A DNA stretch of 64,000 nucleotides from contig JBAZSZ010000001.1 of assembly GCA_041662205.1 (NCBI GenBank), forward strand, positions 295,978 through 359,977, written 5' to 3'. Positions within the stretch are counted from its first letter, which is position 1, and each line of letters opens with the position of its first letter. Of the stretch, positions 19,435-26,794 are shown piece after piece. Below the pieces are notes generated by a model. That model saw only the letters and a list, made by a program, of their open reading frames with translations. It did not search any database and had not been told where the DNA came from. This DNA is from Minisyncoccota bacterium. GTDB taxonomy: Bacteria; Patescibacteriota; Minisyncoccia; Phycocordibacterales; UBA9973. A program made the translations under genes and the position numbers.

Positions 19435-19987
19435 CCCTCGCTGCGCGAATTACGCGCTCGCCTAGTTTGTAGCCTTTTTGAATTACATTTGCAACTTTGT
19501 GTTCTAACTCTTTTTTGTCTGTTTCTACCACATCAATAGATTGATGAATATTTGGATCAAAACTCTCTCCTACCTCGCCCATGGATTTAACCCCATATTC
19601 CTCAAAAATTGTATTCATCTGCGCGTAAATATATTCCACACCCTTTCGCCAATTTTCATCCACTTTCTCCCAAGCTTCCTTGTTCGCAAAAGCCATATTA
19701 AAACTATCAATCACAGAAAGGAAGCGAGTCAAAATCCTCTCTCGCATTGCCTCTGAAAAAAGTGCTTTTCTATCTTCTTCTTGTTTACGGTAATTCACAA
19801 AGTCCGCTCGCTCTTTTTGCCAACCAGTCAAATATTCTTCCTTTTCGGCCTTGCACGCCTTCAGATCGGCTCTAAATTTCTTTAAAGTTTTCTTTAAATC
19901 CTCTTCTCCATCTTCATTGAATTCAAACTCTAAAACTTCAGAAGTGTCTTCTTTTGGTTCTTCTTTTTTTTCTTCTTCGTCTGACAT
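19400..19987 (-). CDS. grpE: Nucleotide exchange factor GrpE
   Basis: acidic N-terminus, coiled coil, C-terminal VIQKGYKLGERVIRAARV GrpE signature. Confidence 0.9.
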   Translation of the reverse strand: MSDEEEKKEEPKEDTSEVLEFEFNEDGEEDLKKTLKKFRADLKACKAEKEEYLTGWQKERADFVNYRKQEEDRKALFSEAMRERILTRFLSVIDSFNMAFANKEAWEKVDENWRKGVEYIYAQMNTIFEEYGVKSMGEVGESFDPNIHQSIDVVETDKKELEHKVANVIQKGYKLGERVIRAARVDVYEYKGPAN

Positions 19988-20006
19988 ATATTGTTTATCT
20001 TAACAT

Positions 20007-20035
20007 AAAAATACCCCTATTTTCAAGGGGTATTT
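20007..20035 (-). terminator. Intrinsic terminator after rpsI (AAAATACCCCTATTTTCAAGGGGTATTTT)
   Basis: 8-bp stem ACCCCTAT/TCAAGGGGT with flanking T/A runs, 6 nt after rpsI stop. Confidence 0.65.
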
Positions 20036-20040
20036 TAGAA

Positions 20041-20472
20041 TTAACGTTTTGACCACTGAGGTGCCTTACGAGCTTTCTTGAGGCCGAATTTTCTACGTTC
20101 TTTAGCTCTCGGATCACGTTTTAGAAAACCTAATTTTTTCAAACTATCACGCAGGGTAGCATCTGATTCTATAAGAGCTCGAGCAAGTCCATGACGGACT
20201 GCCTCTGACTGAGAATGAATCCCACCACCTGAGACATGCGCTTCTACCTCCCATTTTATATCCGATTTTGTTCCGCTAGTTGATGTTCCTTTGATCATCG
20301 GATCTAAAATTAAACGACGCTGATCTTCCGTTTTAAAATATTCTTTGGCATCTTTACCATTTACTATAAAATGAGACTTAGCTGCTTTTGTGATACGCAC
20401 CCTAGCAGTAGAAGTTTTTCTTCTTCCTACGGCTTCAATATATTTTTCTTTTTTTACTGTATCTTTATCCAT
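20041..20472 (-). CDS. rpsI: 30S ribosomal protein S9
   Basis: C-terminal ...RDPRAKERRKFGLKKARKAPQWSKR. Confidence 0.95.
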   Translation of the reverse strand: MDKDTVKKEKYIEAVGRRKTSTARVRITKAAKSHFIVNGKDAKEYFKTEDQRRLILDPMIKGTSTSGTKSDIKWEVEAHVSGGGIHSQSEAVRHGLARALIESDATLRDSLKKLGFLKRDPRAKERRKFGLKKARKAPQWSKR

Positions 20473-20477
20473 AATTT

Positions 20478-20849
20478 TTAGTCTTCAATTGTTAAGTTTT
20501 TCATCATAATTCTTCGTAATTTATTTCCAGGAAGCATTTGATATGTCGCAAGTTTAATCAATTCTTTCAATCCTTTTTTTTCTGCTGTTTCTGTACCTTT
20601 TAAAATACGAAGACCGCCAGGAATACCTGAGTATCTAGTATGATAAATTTCGGCTAATTTTTTGGTGGTAATACGAAGCTTGCTTGCATTGACTACTTTC
20701 ACCGGAAAGCCAGAATAAACATTACGCTCAAAAGTCGCCTTAGTTTTACCCATCAAAGACATCGCTACTTCACTGGCCACTCTTCCTAATGTTCGTCCGC
20801 TAGCATCTATCGTTTTCACCTCTTTAGTTTTATTTTTTTCTGTTTTCAT
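20478..20849 (-). CDS. rplM: 50S ribosomal protein L13
   Basis: IDASGRTLGRVASEVA..., 123 aa. Confidence 0.9.
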   Translation of the reverse strand: MKTEKNKTKEVKTIDASGRTLGRVASEVAMSLMGKTKATFERNVYSGFPVKVVNASKLRITTKKLAEIYHTRYSGIPGGLRILKGTETAEKKGLKELIKLATYQMLPGNKLRRIMMKNLTIED

Positions 20850-20864
20850 TATTAAAAATTAAAT

Positions 20865-21218
20865 TTAGACAAATTCTATTATTGCCATCTTGGCGCCATC
20901 CGACTTTCTAGCTCCTAATTTTAAAATTCTTGTATAACCACCTTTTTTATCAGCATATTTTGGAGCAATAACATCAAAAAGTTTCTTAACTTCAGAGCTA
21001 CGATTTGAAAGCCTTGCAATTATCAGTCTGCGAGTAGCTAAACTACCTCCCTTTGCACGAGTTACAAGTTTCTCCATAAAAGGTCGAAGTTCGCGTGCTT
21101 TAGGTTCAGTCGTTTTTATTTTTTCACGCACAATCAAATTAAGTGCTAAGGAATTCAAAAGAGCTTTCTTCTGATTTTTATTTCTGCCGAATTTTCTAAC
21201 ATTATTATGGTGTCGCAT
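20865..21218 (-). CDS. rplQ: 50S ribosomal protein L17
   Basis: MRHHNNVRKFGRNKNQKKALL..., 117 aa. Confidence 0.92.
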   Translation of the reverse strand: MRHHNNVRKFGRNKNQKKALLNSLALNLIVREKIKTTEPKARELRPFMEKLVTRAKGGSLATRRLIIARLSNRSSEVKKLFDVIAPKYADKKGGYTRILKLGARKSDGAKMAIIEFV

Positions 21219-21222
21219 AGAA

Positions 21223-22209
21223 TTATTCTTTTAAATTTAAACCAAATTTATTTAAAACTTTTTTAATTTCTGTAATACCTTTTTCTCCAATACCTTCAAT
21301 CTCAAGTAAATCCTCCCTCTTTTTTCGAGCAAGACCTCCAAGAGTTCGAATATTTGCAGAAGTAAGCGCATTCAGTGTTCTAGTAGATAGATCAAGGCTA
21401 TCTGTGCGAGTTTTTAAAACATCAACAAAATCAGCTCCTTTTTTGTCTTCTGCTTCTTCTTTTTCTCCTTTTGAAACTTTTTTATTTCCACCAATCAATG
21501 TACTGGTTTCTTCTTCCGTTTCCTTGAAATCAATGATGGCTTTAAGTTGATTTATCATAATTTCGATAGAACGGGAAAGAGCTTCTCGAGCAGAAAGTGT
21601 ACCATCTGTCTCAATTGAAATTCTTAGACGGTTGTGGTTTGTTTTATCACCGACACGCATATTTTCAACTTCATAAGCAACTCTACGAATCGGAGAGAAA
21701 ATCGCATCAACAGCGATAGTACCGACATCTACTTTTTCTTTTTGAAACGCTTCTTTTGCGATAAAACCTAAACCTTTTTCAATCCTCATTTCTATATTTA
21801 AATTTACTTTACCAGTAACTTCTACTATATGGAGTTCAGGGTTTAAAATTTCTACTTGTCCTCCAGTTTTTATATCTCCTGCTAAAACATCTTTGGGACC
21901 TTTTATAGAAAGTGTAACTACTTGAGGTTCATCGGAAATCATTTTAAAACGAGTCTTTTTCAAATTTAAAATCATTACAATAACATCTTCTTTGATACCA
22001 TCCATGGTTTGAAATTCATGACTTACTCCATCAATCTTGATAGAAGTGATACTAGCACCAGGAAGTGAAGAAAGAATTATTCTTCTTAGACTGTTTCCTA
22101 ATGTATGGCCATATCCAGGGTAAAGACCATCTATTTCAAATACTCCTTTATTGCCCTCCTCTAAAACAACACGAGGCTTAGAAGGCATAATAATTTTATA
22201 TTCAGGCAT
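21223..22209 (-). CDS. rpoA: DNA-directed RNA polymerase alpha subunit (start assigned to internal ATG MPEYKII..; the ORF-track start at 22248 is a GTG inside a GC hairpin)
   Basis: GYGHTLGNSLRRIILSSLPG N-terminal domain motif; C-terminal alpha-CTD. Confidence 0.9.
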   Translation of the reverse strand: MPEYKIIMPSKPRVVLEEGNKGVFEIDGLYPGYGHTLGNSLRRIILSSLPGASITSIKIDGVSHEFQTMDGIKEDVIVMILNLKKTRFKMISDEPQVVTLSIKGPKDVLAGDIKTGGQVEILNPELHIVEVTGKVNLNIEMRIEKGLGFIAKEAFQKEKVDVGTIAVDAIFSPIRRVAYEVENMRVGDKTNHNRLRISIETDGTLSAREALSRSIEIMINQLKAIIDFKETEEETSTLIGGNKKVSKGEKEEAEDKKGADFVDVLKTRTDSLDLSTRTLNALTSANIRTLGGLARKKREDLLEIEGIGEKGITEIKKVLNKFGLNLKE

Positions 22210-22243
22210 AATAATTTTTATAATTAATTTGTAATAATACTTG

Positions 22244-22274
22244 CCCACTCTGCCCCGCGAGCGGGGCAGAGTGG
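22244..22274. repeat. GC-rich perfect palindrome CACTCTGCCCCG-CGA-CGGGGCAGAGTG between rpsD and rpoA
   Basis: 12-bp arms, seen directly; related motif at 25566 and 54329. Confidence 0.7.
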
Positions 22275-22280
22275 AATAAT

Positions 22281-22883
22281 TTAACGACTATAAAACTCCA
22301 GGACAGCATTAATATTAAGAAAGGTTTCAATATTTTTTGGCTTGGCTAAAATGCGTCCTTCCATATTATTTAAATCGAAACTAACCCAAGTCGGAGCTGT
22401 GTAATCTTTAAGTTTATCTGTAAGATTTTCAAAAATTTTCTTTGCTTTACTTCCTTCACGAATTTTTATAACATCTCCAATTTTTACTTCATAAGAAGGA
22501 ACGGTAGTTCTATGATTATTTACAACGAAATGCCCATGGGAGACCATTTGCCTAGCTGCGCGACGAGAGGCTGCAAGACCCATTCGATAAATCACATTAT
22601 CAAGACGAGACTCAAGTCCTTCATAAAGTTTCTCTGCAGTTCCGGCACCCTTTACGCCAGAAACTTTTTTAACATAATTAGAAAGTTGACGTTCTGATAT
22701 ACCATATGAAAAACGTATCTTTTGCTTTTCGATAAGCTGTACACCATATTCTGTAGGAGCCTTTGGACGCTTGCCTCCAGGTAAGGTTTTAAGAGAAGAA
22801 GCTGAAAATTTACTAGTTTGACATTTGTCATAAACACCTGGGCCAAGTCTTCTACAAATTTTAAATTTTGGTTTTGATATCAT
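22281..22883 (-). CDS. rpsD: 30S ribosomal protein S4
   Basis: KFKICRRLGPGVYDKCQT N-terminus; S4 domain. Confidence 0.92.
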   Translation of the reverse strand: MISKPKFKICRRLGPGVYDKCQTSKFSASSLKTLPGGKRPKAPTEYGVQLIEKQKIRFSYGISERQLSNYVKKVSGVKGAGTAEKLYEGLESRLDNVIYRMGLAASRRAARQMVSHGHFVVNNHRTTVPSYEVKIGDVIKIREGSKAKKIFENLTDKLKDYTAPTWVSFDLNNMEGRILAKPKNIETFLNINAVLEFYSR

Positions 22884-22891
22884 AAATTTTT

Positions 22892-23326
22892 TTATACTCT
22901 TCTTGGCTTCTTAGCTTTTGGACCATTGTGAGGAACTGGAGTTGCATCTAATATGGAAGTAATTTCTATACCATGAGCCATAAAGGCTCTAACAGCAGGC
23001 TCCCGACCAGACCCAACACCCAAGATAACCACATCAGCATCTTTTACACCAAGAGCTTCTGCTTTACCGCCAATAATATCTCCTACCTTTCCGGCTGCAA
23101 ATGGAGTTCCCTTTTTTGCTCCTCTAAAACCTAAGCTTCCAGCACTTGACCAAAATAAGGTATTGCCTAATTTATCTGAAAAAAGAACTTTCGTATTATT
23201 AAAGGTAGCTTCAACATGTAAAACACCAGAATTAATTTTCTTTTTTGCTGTTTTTGATGAAACTTTTTTTGTTTCTTCTATCCCAGCTTCCTCTTTTTTT
23301 TCTTCAGTTATTTTTGTTTTTGGCAT
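22892..23326 (-). CDS. rpsK: 30S ribosomal protein S11
   Basis: GVLHVEATFNNTKVLFSD...FRGAKKGTPFAA. Confidence 0.92.
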   Translation of the reverse strand: MPKTKITEEKKEEAGIEETKKVSSKTAKKKINSGVLHVEATFNNTKVLFSDKLGNTLFWSSAGSLGFRGAKKGTPFAAGKVGDIIGGKAEALGVKDADVVILGVGSGREPAVRAFMAHGIEITSILDATPVPHNGPKAKKPRRV

Positions 23327-23359
23327 TCGTAATTCGTAATTTATAATTCGTAATTGATC

Positions 23360-23740
23360 TTATGTCTTACTTTCTTTTCTCTTTCCTGAGGCCATTGTTT
23401 TTCTAACATTACCTCTAATGGTTCTGGAATTAGTTTTAGTGCGTTGTCCACGAACAGGCAATCTTTTCATGTGGCGTACTCCTCGATAACTTTTTATGTC
23501 TTTCAGTCTTTTTATATTTGCAGATATTTCTCTTTTTAGATTTCCTTCAATCGATATTTTCTCTACGATAGAACGAATACTATTTTCTTCATCTAAAGTT
23601 AAATCTTTAGCTTTTTTCCCGTGATCAATATTAACTTGATCTAGAATTTTACGAGCAGAAGAAATACCTATACCATATAAGCAAGTTAAGCCAATCTCGA
23701 GTCTTTTTTCATTTGGTACTGTAATTCCTAATATTCTCAT
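23360..23740 (-). CDS. rpsM: 30S ribosomal protein S13
   Basis: MRILGITVPNEKRLEIGLTCLYGIG. Confidence 0.92.
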   Translation of the reverse strand: MRILGITVPNEKRLEIGLTCLYGIGISSARKILDQVNIDHGKKAKDLTLDEENSIRSIVEKISIEGNLKREISANIKRLKDIKSYRGVRHMKRLPVRGQRTKTNSRTIRGNVRKTMASGKRKESKT

Positions 23741-23743
23741 AAA

Positions 23744-23854
23744 TTATTGTTTTTGTTTATGTTTAGGGTTAGAGCAAATTATTCTTAAATGTCTGGCTCT
23801 TTTAACCATTTTACAATTGGCGCAAATTTTTTTTATTGCTGATTTTATTTTCAT
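23744..23854 (-). CDS. rpmJ: 50S ribosomal protein L36 (not in ORF track; 36 aa)
   Basis: reverse-strand translation MKIKSAIKKICANCKMVKRARHLRIICSNPKHKQKQ matches L36 C-x2-C...C-x-NPKH zinc ribbon. Confidence 0.85.
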   Translation of the reverse strand: MKIKSAIKKICANCKMVKRARHLRIICSNPKHKQKQ

Positions 23855-23991
23855 AAAAATTTTTAATCGAAAAATAAGATTTTAAACAACGTAAAAGAAA
23901 AATAGGGAAAATACCCTTATTTTTTAATACTATAACTCTCTAAAACTCACAATTAATATAATACACTATTATTAAAAAAATTACAACCTAA

Positions 23992-24225
23992 TTACAATCT
24001 TTTGATTATTCTGCCCTTTCCGCCATACGGATCAAGCACCATCTCAACTGAATCCCCAATCAAAACTTTGATTCTATGCATACGCATTTTTCCTCCTAAG
24101 TATGCAAGAATTTCTTTCGGGTCCTCTGTTTTGTCTTCAACTTTTACTCTAAATAAAGTAGAAGGTAAAGCTTCAGTGACGACTCCTCTAGCTGTTACTA
24201 TTTTTTCCTTTCTTGGGTCACTCAT
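23992..24225 (-). CDS. infA: Translation initiation factor IF-1
   Basis: S1-like OB fold, ARGVVTEALP..FRVKVE..., 77 aa. Confidence 0.92.
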   Translation of the reverse strand: MSDPRKEKIVTARGVVTEALPSTLFRVKVEDKTEDPKEILAYLGGKMRMHRIKVLIGDSVEMVLDPYGGKGRIIKRL

Positions 24226-24301
24226 GTATATAATTTAATTATAATAAAATTAAAGAAAAGAGTCAATATAAAATATATTATTAGATTAAACAGTAGTTAT
24301 T

Positions 24302-25555
24302 TTATTTTTTATAATCCATAATAACTTTTATATTTTTTATTTTACTTGGGAGAGACTGTATCCAAGGAGGATTTAATTTTACCAAGGTTGAATCAATATT
24401 GGGATACTGCGACAAAATTTGGTTAAAATCTTTTTTTGGTTTATTTAATAAATCAGCTGTGAATTTATCAACATCGAGTTTCCAAACAATTTTTGCGGAC
24501 CCTGATAAATTAAAATTTATACTTTTTACACTATCAAATAAAACATTCTCCTTATCAGAAAGAGAGAAAATTAAATCTTTAATATTCGGTATATAAACTT
24601 CGCTGCCATCATATTTATCAAAATTATCTTTTGCAATTTTTTGAGTCAATCTCTGTTCATTGAAAATAATACCGTAAAGAGTTCCCTTGAGAGTTAAAAC
24701 TACTGAACCGAGAGGAGATACTGGACCAGTTATAAAATCATCAATTTTAAAAAATGTAGCATCTTTGTATAATAAAAATCCTGGAATTTGACTCGAAATT
24801 TCATTAAAAAGTTTATTTTCTAAAATTTTCTTTAATTCCCCTTCAGTTTCTATCTTTTGTATATCACTAACTTGATGTGATTTACCAATAATCCCACCAG
24901 TAATATCTCCTACTGACCTACCATAAAACTTTTCATATTTTACCGTCCCCTTAAAACCAGCAATTTTAAAATCAAGCGGAGTACTATTATAATCCGCTCC
25001 TTCTTTTTCCGCATAAATATCTACACTGACTTGCCCCGGAGTACCATTTTTACTCATACCTGGAATGGTGACTTTCGTACTCGTTTTGTACATTTTATTA
25101 TTTGACCCATCGAGACGTGTATTGATCGCTAATGATTGAGAAGATACACTAAATTTATTAAAAAGAATGATCGTACCTTTAGCCTTTTCATTAAAATCTT
25201 TTTCTTCTAAGGTAATGGTCTTGGATGCATCTCCAGAGATATGAGTAAGCTCAAAAGGTAAAACATCAACACCTGCATCTAAACCAGCAGACAAATTTTT
25301 ATTTAAAACAATATCTTTTGTTTTTAGATTTACAAAAACTTCCGCTTTTGAAAATAAAGAGGATAAAGCAAAAAAACAAAATACTACAGAAACTGATGCT
25401 ACAAACCAAAGTAGATATCTATATTTATTTTTAGAATGCTTGACCTCTACATCAGCTGAATAAACTAAGTGCTCTATTTTTTTCGGCTCTTTTTGGGGAA
25501 TATTCTTCTTATTATTTTTTACCCTTACCATGTCTTCTAAGAAATGTTTAGGCAT
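24302..25555 (-). CDS. Membrane-anchored hypothetical protein (single N-terminal TM, large extracytoplasmic domain) downstream of actin-like ATPase
   Basis: TM at about residues 45-65; no recognisable motif; possibly PilN/PilO- or FtsQ-like partner. Confidence 0.45.
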   Translation of the reverse strand: MPKHFLEDMVRVKNNKKNIPQKEPKKIEHLVYSADVEVKHSKNKYRYLLWFVASVSVVFCFFALSSLFSKAEVFVNLKTKDIVLNKNLSAGLDAGVDVLPFELTHISGDASKTITLEEKDFNEKAKGTIILFNKFSVSSQSLAINTRLDGSNNKMYKTSTKVTIPGMSKNGTPGQVSVDIYAEKEGADYNSTPLDFKIAGFKGTVKYEKFYGRSVGDITGGIIGKSHQVSDIQKIETEGELKKILENKLFNEISSQIPGFLLYKDATFFKIDDFITGPVSPLGSVVLTLKGTLYGIIFNEQRLTQKIAKDNFDKYDGSEVYIPNIKDLIFSLSDKENVLFDSVKSINFNLSGSAKIVWKLDVDKFTADLLNKPKKDFNQILSQYPNIDSTLVKLNPPWIQSLPSKIKNIKVIMDYKK

Positions 25556-25559
25556 AAAA

Positions 25560-26759
25560 TTATACTTGCCCCGATATGGCGGGGTAAATTAAAAAACGAT
25601 TAATATAAACAGAATCAATGACTGAAAAAGGTTCACGAAATACATTCTCTTTAAATACTACATTTCCTTCGAGTATCTTTGAATTTAAGAAAATAATCTC
25701 AAACTTTGATTCTGTTAAAGTGTATTGGCTAAATTGCTCAGTTTTTATTGTTTCAGAAAAAAAATCTACTAAATCTTTATCGATAACTATATATATAGTC
25801 GATGGAATAGAAATGTCATTCGATAAATTAGCTAAAGAGTCTTGAAATTTATTCAACCATTCTGTTCTTAATTTATTTAAAATTATTGTGAGTTTTTTGG
25901 CTATTGCTTCTTCTGCATGTCCATCTTTAAAAAGAGAAATAAAAGATTCAGCTTCGCTCAAGGAACAATTTAAATCTAAAGCGACTCCACGTGTTAGAAA
26001 ATTACACCCGAGAGGAAAAGACGCCGACTCACGCATTATATCCTTCTTTACCATAGAAATATCGGTCACCTCTCCACCTATTTCTAATAAAAGAAAGTTC
26101 TCTTGTTTTTTATATATATCACGCACTGTTGTAAAAAAAGATAATAAAAAAGAAACAAATTTTATTTGTTTAAAGTGAAAATATTTACCTATTGTATCCT
26201 CAATTTCTTTTAGTATTTGTTCTCCGCTCATAGAAATAAAAATATTCATTTCTAATTCCTTAATTTTTTTATTTAAAGATTCAGATGTTTCATAACCATT
26301 TAATGTTATTTTGATATTTTTGAGTTCGATCATTCGGACTTTATTTTTATAATTACCGAATTCAAGAGCATTTTCCTCTTCAAGAAGTTTTATTTCTTTT
26401 TGTATTAATTCATCAGCTAATTTTTCAGTAAATATAAAAGGAGTATTTTTCTTTAAATTGATTATTCTTGTTTGAGAAACACACCAAGGTGAAGATAATA
26501 CACAAAAAACATGTGAGGGTGCGCCCAAGCCTGCTTTGTAAATTTTTTCAACAACAATTTCTAGTGATTTTATTGTTGATAATAAAAAATTATTAATATC
26601 AACTTTTTCTTCTATTTTTATCAACTCTTTAATAGAGAAAATTATTTTAGGAGTTCCAGAATTTTGAGCTTCAAAAAGTGCTCCCTCTATAGAGGAAGAT
26701 CCAATATTAAAAACTAACACTAATTCACTTTTTTCTTTAAGTTTAGAAAAAATACTCAT
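25560..26759 (-). CDS. Actin-fold ATPase, FtsA/PilM-like
   Basis: LVFNIGSSSIEGALFE phosphate-1-like motif; LEIGGEVTDISMV (cf. DIGGGTTD) and FPLGCNFLTRGVALDLNCSLSEAE (cf. FtsA/PilM IPIGG..IT.DIA..L....EAE). Confidence 0.5.
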   Translation of the reverse strand: MSIFSKLKEKSELVLVFNIGSSSIEGALFEAQNSGTPKIIFSIKELIKIEEKVDINNFLLSTIKSLEIVVEKIYKAGLGAPSHVFCVLSSPWCVSQTRIINLKKNTPFIFTEKLADELIQKEIKLLEEENALEFGNYKNKVRMIELKNIKITLNGYETSESLNKKIKELEMNIFISMSGEQILKEIEDTIGKYFHFKQIKFVSFLLSFFTTVRDIYKKQENFLLLEIGGEVTDISMVKKDIMRESASFPLGCNFLTRGVALDLNCSLSEAESFISLFKDGHAEEAIAKKLTIILNKLRTEWLNKFQDSLANLSNDISIPSTIYIVIDKDLVDFFSETIKTEQFSQYTLTESKFEIIFLNSKILEGNVVFKENVFREPFSVIDSVYINRFLIYPAISGQV

Positions 26760-26794
26760 GCGATAATTGTATCACAAAAAAGACTACCAGAAAA

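Noticed and set aside
23327-23359. 18-mer AATTTATAATTCGTAATT shared between rpsM-rpsK intergenic (tandem ATTCGTAATT x3) and the region upstream of pilin paralog 3 (48161-48180)
   Set aside because: In a ~70% AT sequence of this length, about one chance 18-mer match is expected. Offsets relative to the start codons differ.
23901-23925. Possible terminator AGGG-AAAATA-CCCT after infA
   Set aside because: Only a 4-bp stem, too weak to call. infA-rpmJ-rpsM are more likely co-transcribed.
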